Below, one piece after another: positions 31,190 to 41,082 of a DNA stretch of 64,000 nt. The notes under the pieces are model-generated. The model was not told the DNA's origin. It saw only the letters and a program-made list of their open reading frames with translations, and did not search any database. The position numbers were made by a program, and so were the translations under genes. Numbering within the stretch: the stretch's first letter is position 1; the number at the start of each line of letters is the position of its first letter. The DNA comes from Candidatus Latescibacterota bacterium (GTDB taxonomy: Bacteria; Latescibacterota; UBA2968; UBA8231), in the NCBI GenBank assembly GCA_965203355.1, contig OZ241889.1, positions 1,248,001 to 1,312,000 on the forward strand. Direction: 5' to 3'.

Positions 31190-32758
31190 ATGGAAGGCGA
31201 CAAGCGAAAGATACTCTGGGCCGACGACGAGATTGACCTGTTGCGTGCTCACCGGCGTTTTCTCGACGAAAGGGGCTACGCGGTCACGCCGGTGAGCAAC
31301 GGCAAGGACGCCATCGCTCTGATTGCTCAAGTGCCCTTTGACATCGTACTGCTCGACGAGATGATGCCGGGGTTGGACGGGCTTTCGACCTTGGAGCAGA
31401 TCAAGGTGGCCGATCCCAACGTGCCGGTGATTATGATCACCAAGAACGAAGAAGAACACCTGATGGACGAGGCCATTGGTCGCCGCATCGACAATTATCT
31501 GACCAAGCCGGTCAATCCCAGCCAGATTTTCATGGCTTGTAAACAGTTGCTCGACGCGCGGCAGATTCGCCAAAGCCAAGCCGGGCAGCACTACGTCTCG
31601 CGGGCTGGCCAGATCCGCGAGCAGATTGCGGGCGCGACTTGGCAGACGTGGATTGATGTACATCGGCAGCTTTGCGAGTGGGACATTGAAGGGACGCGCT
31701 TGGGCGACGCCGGGCTCGGCCAGATGATTGGGGATCAGCGGCGCGAGTGCAACCGCGAGTTTGGGCGCTTTGTCGAGCAGCATTACACGGGCTGGGTAGC
31801 AGACGAGGAGGATTCGCCGCCCTTGTCGGTGGATGTGGTGCCCGAGTTCGTGATGCCCTATCTCGAACAGGGCCGACAGGTATTCTTTATCGTGGTTGAT
31901 TGCCTGCGCTTGGATCACTGGATGGTGATGGAGCCGCAGCTAGCCGAGTACTTCAACATCAAGCGATCCTACCACTATTCGATTTTGCCGACGGCCACGC
32001 CTTTTGCCCGCAACGCGATCTTCAGCGGGCTTTTTCCCAAAGAGATCGCCGACAAGTACCGCACCTTATGGCACGAGGTCCAAGACAACGAATACAGCCT
32101 CAATCGGCACGAGCACCAATTCATCGACGATTTGGTCCGCGACATGGGCGTCGCGCTCAAACCGGGTTCGCACTACGTCAAAGTGCTAGACACCAGCGAG
32201 GCCCGGAAACTGACCCGCAAGATACCGTCGCTGGGCAGGTGGCCGCTTGTGTCGGTGGTGTACAATTTTCTCGACATGTTGGTACACAGCCAAGCGCAGT
32301 CGGACCTGCTCAAGGAGATGGCACCTAACGAGGTGGCCTTTCGCGCCTTGGTGCAGACGTGGTTTGGCAATGCGTCGCTTTTTGAAACCCTCAAGGCCAT
32401 CGCCCGCACCAATGCGGTGGTAGTGCTGACGACCGACCACGGCTCCATGCGCGGTACGCGCGCTTCGGTGGTGTACGGAGACCGCAGCACGTCTTCGAGC
32501 CTGCGCTACAAGTATGGTCATAACCTCCGCTGCGAGGAAAAAGACGCGCTGCGGATCGCCGATCTTCGGGCCTATGGACTGCCTTCGACCGGACTCGGGC
32601 ATACCTTCGTCATTGCCCGCGAGGACTTCTACTTCGTTTATCCGACCGAGTTCAACAAGTACCAACGCCGCTACAAGGGCAGCTTCCAGCACGGCGGTAT
32701 ATCCTTGGAAGAAATGATTTTGCCCGTGGCGATTATGGAACCCAAGTGGGCAAAATGA
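31190..32758 (+). CDS. porX: PorX-like response regulator with PglZ/alkaline-phosphatase domain
   Basis: ILWADDEIDLL, LLDEMMPG receiver; VVDCLR, SILPTAT, DMLVH, TTDHG, QHGG metal-site motifs. Confidence 0.88.
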   Translation: MEGDKRKILWADDEIDLLRAHRRFLDERGYAVTPVSNGKDAIALIAQVPFDIVLLDEMMPGLDGLSTLEQIKVADPNVPVIMITKNEEEHLMDEAIGRRIDNYLTKPVNPSQIFMACKQLLDARQIRQSQAGQHYVSRAGQIREQIAGATWQTWIDVHRQLCEWDIEGTRLGDAGLGQMIGDQRRECNREFGRFVEQHYTGWVADEEDSPPLSVDVVPEFVMPYLEQGRQVFFIVVDCLRLDHWMVMEPQLAEYFNIKRSYHYSILPTATPFARNAIFSGLFPKEIADKYRTLWHEVQDNEYSLNRHEHQFIDDLVRDMGVALKPGSHYVKVLDTSEARKLTRKIPSLGRWPLVSVVYNFLDMLVHSQAQSDLLKEMAPNEVAFRALVQTWFGNASLFETLKAIARTNAVVVLTTDHGSMRGTRASVVYGDRSTSSSLRYKYGHNLRCEEKDALRIADLRAYGLPSTGLGHTFVIAREDFYFVYPTEFNKYQRRYKGSFQHGGISLEEMILPVAIMEPKWAK

Positions 32759-33210
32759 AGAGAGTTTTTACCACGCACTCGGCGGCTCAGACGCGCGCAC
32801 TCGGTGCTGCGCTGGGGCGGCGCTTGGCACCGGGCGATGTGGTCGCTTTTCGCGGCGACTTGGGCAGCGGCAAGACCTGCATGATTCAAGGGGTGTGCGA
32901 GGCGTTGCAAGTAGCCGATTGCGTCACGAGTCCGACCTTTATCCTGATCAACGAGTATGCCGGGCAATGTAAGGGGCGCGAGCTGCCCGTCTATCACTTT
33001 GATCTCTATAGGCTGGGGGGAGTTGAAGAACTTGAGAATCTAGGGGCCGAAGAGTACTTTTACGGCCGCGGTGTCTGCTTGATCGAGTGGGCCGAGCGTG
33101 CCGATGGCTCGCTGCCCGATAGATGCTGTCATGTGTGGCTAGAGCACGGGGAGGCTTGCGAGCGACGAATCACCTTGCAAGGGGATGGGGTAAGAGAAAT
33201 AGATTTCTGA
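32755..33210 (+). CDS. tsaE: tRNA threonylcarbamoyladenosine biosynthesis ATPase
   Basis: GDLGSGKT, VTSPTF, YHFDLYRL, IEWAE; ATGA coupling to porX. Confidence 0.95.
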   Translation: MKRVFTTHSAAQTRALGAALGRRLAPGDVVAFRGDLGSGKTCMIQGVCEALQVADCVTSPTFILINEYAGQCKGRELPVYHFDLYRLGGVEELENLGAEEYFYGRGVCLIEWAERADGSLPDRCCHVWLEHGEACERRITLQGDGVREIDF

Positions 33211-33240
33211 GCAACTGGCCACAGCCACAGGGAGGGAATT

Positions 33241-33969
33241 TTGCAGCGGCTGATACTGTGCCTTTGCATTGCCGCTGGACCGGCCGCGGCCGCTAAGGCC
33301 GAGTTGACGAGCTTGGTCGATAGCCCGACGGCCGGGCTGGTCAACAAGGGGCATTATGCGGTGAATGTTCGCCTGTTTGCCGATGGGGGAGCTGCCGGCC
33401 GCTTGCACGTCGGCGTGCTCAAGCGGCTGAGCGTGGGGGTATCTTTTGGCGGCGAGCAACTCATTGGCACGGGTGCGGTCCATTGGTATCCGCGCGTGGC
33501 AGTGGCCGCTCGGTGCCGGCTTCTCGAAGAGGGGTACACGTGGCCGGCGTTGCTCTTGGGCTTTGATTCCCAGGGCATCGGGCCGTATAGCGATCAGCGC
33601 TACCAAGTCAAGTCCAAAGGCTTCTATTTGGCACTGAGCAAGAATTACACCTCAATGCTAGGAGAACTCGGCGTCCACGCCGGCCTCAATCTGTCACGCG
33701 AAGATGCCGACGAGGGCGACTGGTCTGCGTGGTTGGGTCTCGACAAGAGTTTGCGATTTATGGCCTTATTCGCCGAATACGACTTGGGCCGCAACAACGG
33801 TCTGCAAGATCAGGGCTTGGTAGAAGGCTATTTGAACATCGGTGGGGCTTGGACCGTAGCGCCGCAGCTACGGGTCGCGTATTATTTTAAAAACGCGCTG
33901 AAAAGCGATCACTTCGGCTCCCAATCCATTCGGGAGTTGTCCGTCACGTACAGGAGCAAATTCCGATGA
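33241..33969 (+). CDS. Predicted outer-membrane beta-barrel protein (YjbH-like)
   Basis: Signal peptide, LVDSPTAG, alternating beta-strand pattern, FAEYD. Confidence 0.6.
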   Translation: MQRLILCLCIAAGPAAAAKAELTSLVDSPTAGLVNKGHYAVNVRLFADGGAAGRLHVGVLKRLSVGVSFGGEQLIGTGAVHWYPRVAVAARCRLLEEGYTWPALLLGFDSQGIGPYSDQRYQVKSKGFYLALSKNYTSMLGELGVHAGLNLSREDADEGDWSAWLGLDKSLRFMALFAEYDLGRNNGLQDQGLVEGYLNIGGAWTVAPQLRVAYYFKNALKSDHFGSQSIRELSVTYRSKFR

Positions 33970-35324
33970 AGATACTGGTTATTGCCTTGCTTTGCGTGTG
34001 GGTCCGCGGCGCGGTGGCCCAAGAGGAACGGGCCATCGACAACTTTGCTGGAGTTGGGGTGCGGGCCATGGGTATGGGTGGTGCCTTTGTTGGGGTGGCC
34101 GACGATTTCACGGCCATGTACTGGAATCCGGCGGGCTTAGCCCAGATGCAGCAGCGCGAGATACAGGTTTCTTTGCTGCGCAATAGCCGCGCCAACGACT
34201 CGATTTTCAACGGCACTCCGGGGCGAAGCGAACTGACCAATACGCGCTTTGGCTCGCTGGGCTTTGTCTTTCCCTATCCGGTTTATCGCGGCAGCTTGGT
34301 TTTGGCGGCTGGTTTTAGCCGCATCAAGGACTTCGACTGGAATTTGAGTCAAAAAGAAGAAGCGCAGGGCCTGAACGAAGGTCGCCGTTACTTGGAGCTC
34401 AGCGATGAATTCTTCCAGCACGAGGGCGAATTGGGATTGTGGGGAGTGTCCGCCGCGGTTGACGTGTCCCCGGCCGTGTCGTTGGGCGCGACGCTGGGCT
34501 TGATTAGCGGCGAGGACGAGACTACAAACGAGTTTAATAGGACCTTTACCTATCCAGAGGACAAATCTGTTGAACAGGAAGACAAAACGTGGCCCATTTT
34601 TGGTCAGAGCCGCGAAGCCTATATAGACGAGTATGAGAGGAACCTGTATGCCGTTTTCGGTGCCATGATACGGGCACCACGCGACAAGCCGCGTTACCGA
34701 CTAGGTGCGACCTTCGCCACTGGGGCTGTACATAAAGTTCGCTATGACTTTCGCGGTCTTTTAGGGGATACGGAATACAGCTTGGTCGAGTACGACGACG
34801 GGACGGAGGAGAAATTTGACGATGATACCCTTCGTGGCACCTATGAGCTTGCGCTACCTTTTGAGTTCGGCGTGGGCACTTCAGCTGAGGCATTGCCGGG
34901 CCTGACGCTGGCGGGTAGCCTGCATTTGGCCGAGTGGTCGCAGAGCGAGTACAAGGGGGCCGATGAAAATGGCCTGCGCGCCGAGACTTCGTTTGAGGTT
35001 CAGTACAGAGACGTCTGGCGCTATCACTTCGGCGTCGAGTACCAAGTCCCGGTCGTCGCGCTGGATCTGCGGGCAGGCTACTTCGTGGACCCGATTCCCT
35101 TTGTCGGCCCGCGCGACCTCGGCTCCGCCGATCCGCCGATCCGCATTGATGAGGACCGGCGCTTTATCACCCTCGGGGCCGGGATATTGATCGACGAGGC
35201 TGTCCAAGTAGATCTGGCTTGGGTGCGGGGTACGTTTAATCAAGTGGAAGAATACTCGGGCAACATCCTTAGCGAAAAGCATACCGTCAATCGCCTCGTC
35301 GTCGGAGTAGGCTACAACTTTTAG
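33966..35324 (+). CDS. FadL/OmpP1/PorV-superfamily outer-membrane protein
   Basis: GVRAMGMGGAFVGVADD...YWNPAGL; C-terminal VGYNF. Confidence 0.85.
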   Translation: MKILVIALLCVWVRGAVAQEERAIDNFAGVGVRAMGMGGAFVGVADDFTAMYWNPAGLAQMQQREIQVSLLRNSRANDSIFNGTPGRSELTNTRFGSLGFVFPYPVYRGSLVLAAGFSRIKDFDWNLSQKEEAQGLNEGRRYLELSDEFFQHEGELGLWGVSAAVDVSPAVSLGATLGLISGEDETTNEFNRTFTYPEDKSVEQEDKTWPIFGQSREAYIDEYERNLYAVFGAMIRAPRDKPRYRLGATFATGAVHKVRYDFRGLLGDTEYSLVEYDDGTEEKFDDDTLRGTYELALPFEFGVGTSAEALPGLTLAGSLHLAEWSQSEYKGADENGLRAETSFEVQYRDVWRYHFGVEYQVPVVALDLRAGYFVDPIPFVGPRDLGSADPPIRIDEDRRFITLGAGILIDEAVQVDLAWVRGTFNQVEEYSGNILSEKHTVNRLVVGVGYNF

Positions 35325-35406
35325 ATCGTTTTTTTGGTTTCAGTCGATGGTTTGTGTATATTCAAGGCAAGCAATGAGTTTAACGCTCCTTAAAGGAGGT
35401 TAGGTT

Positions 35407-36093
35407 ATGAAAGCGAAGCCTTTGATCTTGTGCTCGGTCCTGTCGCTGACCGCGCTGATGGCCAGTGGCTGCTACACGGTGCTTAGCAGCCCGTACAGGG
35501 TGGCCGACCTACACGACGAGGAGCCTACCCGCGATGTCGAGGCTCCCACGGTTGGCCAGTTTGACGACCGCGACTACATGGACGATCTCTACCGCTATCC
35601 GGGTGTGCGCGGTGGTTATGGTCGCTATGGCGGCTACTACGGTGGCTATGGCGGTTATGGTGGCTACCATCCCCACTACTACGGCGACTACCCCTACTAC
35701 TATGGCGGCTATGGCCCCTATAGTTACGGCTACGATCCGTACTATCGGAGTTCGCGCGGTTACTACGTGTCGCCCGGGTATAGACTGATCAGTACGCGCG
35801 AACTCGACGATTTGCGTGCGGCGAGTCGATTGAATGTGACGCCGGCCGTTGTCGATCCGGCAGCGGCTGCCGAAATACAGCGCCGCGAAGAAAATGTGTG
35901 GCAGCGGCGGGTAGAGCCTCGAGTGCGCAGTGCTTCGCCACCGCCACCGCGTACCACCTCTTCGGTCAGCACTGGTACGTCTTCGCCGCAAACTAGAGCG
36001 TCAAAGGCATCTTCTGCGCCAGCGTCAAAAACTAAAACTACGACTCGGAAAGAAAAAGTGGCTATACCCAAAAAGCCAAAGCGTCGCCGCTGA
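35407..36093 (+). CDS. Lipoprotein with Gly/Tyr-rich and Ser/Thr/Lys-rich low-complexity regions
   Basis: Lipobox ASGC; SD AAGGAGG; GGYG/YYG repeats. Confidence 0.8.
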   Translation: MKAKPLILCSVLSLTALMASGCYTVLSSPYRVADLHDEEPTRDVEAPTVGQFDDRDYMDDLYRYPGVRGGYGRYGGYYGGYGGYGGYHPHYYGDYPYYYGGYGPYSYGYDPYYRSSRGYYVSPGYRLISTRELDDLRAASRLNVTPAVVDPAAAAEIQRREENVWQRRVEPRVRSASPPPPRTTSSVSTGTSSPQTRASKASSAPASKTKTTTRKEKVAIPKKPKRRR

Positions 36094-36112
36094 TTTTTTG
36101 CCAAAGATGCAC

Positions 36113-36150
36113 AAAGAAGCGGAGGTCTTTTCGTGGCCTCCGCTTCTTTT
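36113..36150. terminator. Probable bidirectional intrinsic terminator
   Basis: AAAGAAGCGGAGG/CCTCCGCTTCTTT inverted repeat between convergent genes. Confidence 0.8.
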
Positions 36151-36247
36151 GTGTTTAAGCGATTGAAATTGTTGCGGGATAATTCGATTCTGTGGCATCC
36201 GACAGTACCAATAACGCCGCCTTTTGCAACGAGCTGCGGCGAAAAAA

Positions 36248-36517
36248 GAAAATGGGACCTCAAACCGAAGATTGAGGTCCCATTTCCGTGCCTTGCGGTG
36301 TCGTGTGTGCTACTTGAGCAGCAGCATCTTCTGGACGGCGAGGAACGCTTCACCCGCCTGCAAGCGGTCCGTAGGCTGTCGCTCTGACGTTCATACGAAA
36401 ATGGGACCTCAAACCGAAGACTAAGGTCCCATTTCCGTGCCTTGCGATGTCGTGTGTGCTACTTGAGCAGTAGCATCTTCTGGATGGCGAGGAAATCACC
36501 GCCCGCTTGCAAGCGGT
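36248..36517. repeat. 121-bp direct repeat (36248-36368 and 36397-36517), about 91% identical
   Basis: Each copy carries the last 18 codons of the CTD (RLQAG..FLAxQKMLLLK*) plus a terminator hairpin AAATGGGACCT/AGGTCCCATTT. Confidence 0.92.
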
Positions 36518-39500
36518 AGAAGTACATCCCGGACGATACGCTCTGGCCGCGGTCGTTGGTCGCGTCCCACTCCACCGCGTAACGACCGGCACTCTGATGC
36601 TCGGCGACCAGCGTCCGAATCGGCTGACCCAACACGTTATACACGATCAATCCCACGTCCGCCGCCTGCGGCAACGCATACTGAATCGTCGTCTGCGGGT
36701 TGAACGGGTTCGGATAGTTGGCTGCCAGCGAGAACACGGCCGGCCGCGTCTGTAACGACACCGGCTTGCCGGATCCGCTGTTGAACACATCGAACAACGT
36801 GCTCAGGTCGCCCAAGTCCAGCATCGGGTTGACCGTGATTGTGAACGTCAGCGAGACGCTTTCGGCGCCCGCCGTCGCCGTGTAGGTGACCTCAACGGCC
36901 CCATCGGTCGCTGCGTCCGGCGTCCCGGAAATCGTCCGGGTGGTCGCGTTAAACGACAGCCCGGCTGGCAAATCCGACACGCTATACGTGATGGCTCCCT
37001 CGCCGCTCCGCGCCGCCGGCAGGACCAACGGCGTAATCGCCGTGCCCGCCGTATAGGTGTGTGCGGCAATCGAAGCGCCCTCGACGAAAGCTAAGGAGAG
37101 CGTCATATCCTCATCGCTGTCGATCATGCCGCTATCCACGTCGGTCAGCACCAGCGTCGCCGAACCCGCTGTCAAGCCCGGTCCCCTCGCGTGGAGGACG
37201 ATCGTCTCGTCCCCTTCGGCCAAACCATCGGCGACCGGGTCAATCCAAAAGCGCGTCGAACCCATAAGCGAACCGGCCGCAATGGTAACGTCTGGATCGA
37301 ACCGGGCCGAGTAGTCCGTACCGCGCGTGGCACTCGAAGCCGCGTCAATCGAGATGGCGACCGTCGCATCCGTGGCCAACGGCTGGCCGTCCAACGCAGC
37401 CATGACCATTACCTCGGTCCATTCTGCGGACTCGCTAATCGCGCTCGGCATCACCGACACGACCAGCGCCGTGCTGGCCGTCTCGTCGTCGGAAATCCGC
37501 AGGTCCACTTGTCCCCAGCCGCCCGAAGCCGCCGCCCGGATCCCCAAATACTTATGACCGTCCGTTGCCGAATTGTCGATGGGCGACAGGAAAAGCGTCG
37601 TCGAACCCACCGTCTCGCCGGCCGCGATGGTGATCGTCCCCGCCCATGTCGCGGTGTAATCCACGTTGCGGGTGGCCATCGTCCCGCTGGCTGGCGGCAC
37701 CAGCGTGAAGCGAATCGTCTCCGCCGTCGGGGCCGCCCCCACCAACGTCGCCGTAACGCGGATTTCGATCGGCGCGCCGTTTTCGCGCACGACCGCTGGC
37801 GAAGCCATCACCCGGGCGACCCCGACGACCGGCTGGGCTTCCCGGACCGTGAGGGTGAAGGTTCGGGCGGCGCGGTCGCCGTCGCTATCGAGCACCGTAT
37901 AGACGAGCGTGGCCAGGCCCACGGCGGTCGGCGTCCCGGCAATCGTCCGGGTGGCCGGGTCAAACGCCAGCCCGGCCGGCAGCCCGGTCGAGATGCTATA
38001 AGTCAGCGTCCCTTCGCCCATGGCGGCGGGCAACACCGCGCTAAATGCCCGCCCCACCGTTGCTTCAAAGGCTAAGGCTAACGGGCCCGCGGCGAAGCGA
38101 GGCCGGCCGAGGTCGGCGGGCGCATCCGAATCCGTCGGCGTCGCGCCATCGATCAGCGTGATCGTTGCGGTATGGACCGCGAAGGTCGCGCCGGCTTGGT
38201 TTTTGAGGTCGTCGGTCAACAGCGTTAGCGTGATCGTCTCGTGGGTGTCGGCTTGTCCGTCGGGGAGCGGGGTGATCGCAATCGTCGCGGTTCCGGACAC
38301 CGAACCGCGCGGAATCGTCAGCGTCGTCAGCCGCGCCAGATAGTCCACATCGCGCGTCGCCGCTAGGTCGGAGGCGTGGTCCAAGACCAACGTGAGGGTC
38401 GCATCTGCGTCGAGCCCTTGGCCGTCTAAGGTCCCTGTCACCGTAACCGTCGTCTCGCCCGCGTCCTCTTCGATCTCACTCGGACGCACCGACAGAGTGA
38501 TGTTCTCGCTCAGCGTTTCATCGTAAGTGATTGGCTCATCGTAAGAGATCGGCGCATCATTGGTAGGCGGCGCATCGTTGGTCGGCGGCGGATCGTTGGT
38601 GGGCGTGGAATTCGTATCGTCGCTTCTGACAGCTTGCATAATCGGCAGCACGAGTTTGCCGTATCCGCTGTCGTTGTCCTTGCCCGGCGGTCCGATGTCA
38701 ACCGTTGCCGCGATCAGGGCATCCCACAATTGAGTACGCGAGTACGATGGATTCGCCGACTTGATCAGCGCGGCCGCGCCAGCCACGTGGGGAGCCGCCG
38801 CGGAAGTCCCCCAAAAGCCACCGGCACCATAAGTAACGGTCGATACTCCAATAGGTGCGACGAGGTCGGGCTTGATGCGACCATCGGTCGTAGGCCCTCG
38901 GGAACTCTCATCTTGAACCCGACCTAGGTCGTAATCGTTATAATGGATCGCGCCGACGGTCATAGCCCCTCTGGCGTCTCCAGGAGGCTGGATACTGCTC
39001 TTGGCAACCGCATACTCTGCCAAATCGACATCAGAAAATATCTTTAGCTTCATAGGCTGGGCACTCACATTATCGTCCAAATAAACCCCTATGCCATAGT
39101 CCCCCGACTTTGGTGCCTTTATTTCGATACGTTCATAAGGCGTGCCACCGGAACCGTGTTGAGTAGTGGTACTGTAGGTGACTCGTTCTAAAGTGCCGTC
39201 GGCTTTTTCAAAATAGAGATACAGGTCGTAGTCTTGGTAGGAGGTGGGCCAATCATCCCAAGTCAAGTAAACAGATATATCATCCCCGGCCTCGGCTTTA
39301 AACGACAGTGTCTCGTCTTCTTGGCTACTAAAGTTGTGCCAACGATCCCCATCGGGATCAGACCATACCCCTTCGTAATGTTTCTCGGCCTCATTGCCCG
39401 CCGCATTGACCCAGAGAATGCCGTTGTCGGCCGCGTCATTTACAATGTCGCAGACCGGCCCACGGCCGTCGCCAAAGCCATTAGGCCAAGTTATGGAATG

Positions 39501-40223
39501 ATTGATTATGTCAATTCCCTCTCGTATGCAAAAGTCTTTGGCATTCTCAAGGTCAACTAAATCGCCTGTCTTCAGCAGCGTGAGTTCGGCTTCAGGAGCC
39601 ATATCGTGGACGACCTCGGCACAAGCGGTGCCGTGGGCAAAAAAGCGTTCAGGACCGTCGTAGGCGTCCATCCCGTCCCCGGTAAAGTCGAAATTCTTCA
39701 CATCCGTCGGCAGGTCTGAGCCTAATTGATCCGCCCCCTTAAATGCGACATCAATAATCGCCACCTTGACCCCTTGGCCGCTCACACCATTGCGGTGATT
39801 ATCATGCGCTTTGGTGACTTGCACCCCTTCGCTGACAGTCTGTTGCGGATGCGGCCGACGCGGCCGGCGAACAAAGCGAACCCCCGGTAGCTCGGAAACC
39901 GCCCGCAACGCCGCCGCCGGAACCGAAACCCGCATCAGACTCTTGGACTGGGCGCGCACCGTCCCGCCCCGTGCCGCCAGTGCCGACGTATCAATCGAAG
40001 CCGACCCTTGACCAAGATGTGGAACCAAGATGACGACGACCGTATCCTGCAAATCGCTAACCGGCTTGCCGGCTCGGGGTGCGGCCAAGGCCCACAACGC
40101 ACTTTCTAGCTTGGCCGGGCCGGCGGGTTTGTCAGGTGGGGAAAAGTCTATGTTCTGTCCCCAAAGGGATGTATAGCTCAGGACGCCCAAGAAAAGGGCG
40201 ATTGTCCTGCTTTTTGATTGCAT
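36459..40223 (-). CDS. Secreted S8 subtilase with Ig-like repeats and FlgD-Ig (T9SS-like) C-terminal domain
   Basis: Triad AIID, HGTACA, GTSAAAP; LPAGLxFxxxTRTIxGTP Ig units; NYPNPFNPQTTIQY...SSGMYFYRL...KMLLLK; SD GGAGG before ATG 40223. Confidence 0.9.
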   Translation of the reverse strand: MQSKSRTIALFLGVLSYTSLWGQNIDFSPPDKPAGPAKLESALWALAAPRAGKPVSDLQDTVVVILVPHLGQGSASIDTSALAARGGTVRAQSKSLMRVSVPAAALRAVSELPGVRFVRRPRRPHPQQTVSEGVQVTKAHDNHRNGVSGQGVKVAIIDVAFKGADQLGSDLPTDVKNFDFTGDGMDAYDGPERFFAHGTACAEVVHDMAPEAELTLLKTGDLVDLENAKDFCIREGIDIINHSITWPNGFGDGRGPVCDIVNDAADNGILWVNAAGNEAEKHYEGVWSDPDGDRWHNFSSQEDETLSFKAEAGDDISVYLTWDDWPTSYQDYDLYLYFEKADGTLERVTYSTTTQHGSGGTPYERIEIKAPKSGDYGIGVYLDDNVSAQPMKLKIFSDVDLAEYAVAKSSIQPPGDARGAMTVGAIHYNDYDLGRVQDESSRGPTTDGRIKPDLVAPIGVSTVTYGAGGFWGTSAAAPHVAGAAALIKSANPSYSRTQLWDALIAATVDIGPPGKDNDSGYGKLVLPIMQAVRSDDTNSTPTNDPPPTNDAPPTNDAPISYDEPITYDETLSENITLSVRPSEIEEDAGETTVTVTGTLDGQGLDADATLTLVLDHASDLAATRDVDYLARLTTLTIPRGSVSGTATIAITPLPDGQADTHETITLTLLTDDLKNQAGATFAVHTATITLIDGATPTDSDAPADLGRPRFAAGPLALAFEATVGRAFSAVLPAAMGEGTLTYSISTGLPAGLAFDPATRTIAGTPTAVGLATLVYTVLDSDGDRAARTFTLTVREAQPVVGVARVMASPAVVRENGAPIEIRVTATLVGAAPTAETIRFTLVPPASGTMATRNVDYTATWAGTITIAAGETVGSTTLFLSPIDNSATDGHKYLGIRAAASGGWGQVDLRISDDETASTALVVSVMPSAISESAEWTEVMVMAALDGQPLATDATVAISIDAASSATRGTDYSARFDPDVTIAAGSLMGSTRFWIDPVADGLAEGDETIVLHARGPGLTAGSATLVLTDVDSGMIDSDEDMTLSLAFVEGASIAAHTYTAGTAITPLVLPAARSGEGAITYSVSDLPAGLSFNATTRTISGTPDAATDGAVEVTYTATAGAESVSLTFTITVNPMLDLGDLSTLFDVFNSGSGKPVSLQTRPAVFSLAANYPNPFNPQTTIQYALPQAADVGLIVYNVLGQPIRTLVAEHQSAGRYAVEWDATNDRGQSVSSGMYFYRLQAGGDFLAIQKMLLLK

Positions 40224-40398
40224 CGGAGCCCTCCCATGCTTCTTCAAAAACTTCAAAACGGTGATTAGTTAAATAAGAGCGAGAAATTTCCACAATGGTT
40301 GAAGCGCCCGCATCCCCGCGTGTTCGGGACAGTAGCTCCAGCTTGACAATTCAATAGAGGGGAAATTCTGTTCGGGGCGGTAAAACCGTTTTTTGTGC

Positions 40399-41082
40399 CT
40401 AGTCGCCGCTTAGATCAAAATGGCGGGTCTGTGGTTTGGGTGGCGGGGCGATGCGGAAAAGGAAGCGTTGTAGTGGCCGGGCAAGAGCCATGAGTAATTG
40501 GCGCTCGCCTTGTTTGTTGCCGCCGAAAAGCTGTAGTTGCACCGGTTGGTAATTGCGCTGTGTGCCCCCTTGTTGCCAGACTTGATTGGTGTTGAGATTG
40601 ATCAAGCTGACTTTGAGATCTATGGTCAGGTCAATGCCGGGGTTGGGCGACATGCCATAGGGCGTGGGCGACATGGGCATCATCCGCGCCTGTAAGTGCT
40701 TCAGCTCGACGAACACTAAGGCGTCGAGCACGAGTTCTTCCTTGAGAACGGTCCGCACCGAGTCTTGGTGGACGCTCGTCGAGTCGAGGCGAATCCCCTT
40801 GAGCTTGTAGGTGATTTCGTCTTGGTTCATCACTTCGGTCTTGGGCATGTTGCCGAGGCTGCGGACCACGGCATTGGACAGCCGCGCCATGACCTTTTCG
40901 ATGTCCAACTCGCGAAAGGGTTCGATGTTGGTCGCGCAAACGACGCCGATGTGATCGACTTCCGCGAGGTAGGGGCGCAAGACCGGATCGGGTTGCGACG
41001 GGGCGCGAAACTCGACGTGGGTAAAAGCACTGCGGCCACCGCAGCCCACCAGGCCAATGAGCAATATGAGAACAGCAATCAA
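40399..41082 (-). CDS. Hypothetical lipoprotein
   Basis: Lipobox LVGC; start overlaps the upstream stop. Confidence 0.7.
   Translation of the reverse strand: MIAVLILLIGLVGCGGRSAFTHVEFRAPSQPDPVLRPYLAEVDHIGVVCATNIEPFRELDIEKVMARLSNAVVRSLGNMPKTEVMNQDEITYKLKGIRLDSTSVHQDSVRTVLKEELVLDALVFVELKHLQARMMPMSPTPYGMSPNPGIDLTIDLKVSLINLNTNQVWQQGGTQRNYQPVQLQLFGGNKQGERQLLMALARPLQRFLFRIAPPPKPQTRHFDLSGD

Noticed and set aside
36248-36517. DGR template/variable repeat pair
   Set aside because: Mismatches are not adenine-specific and no reverse transcriptase is in the window
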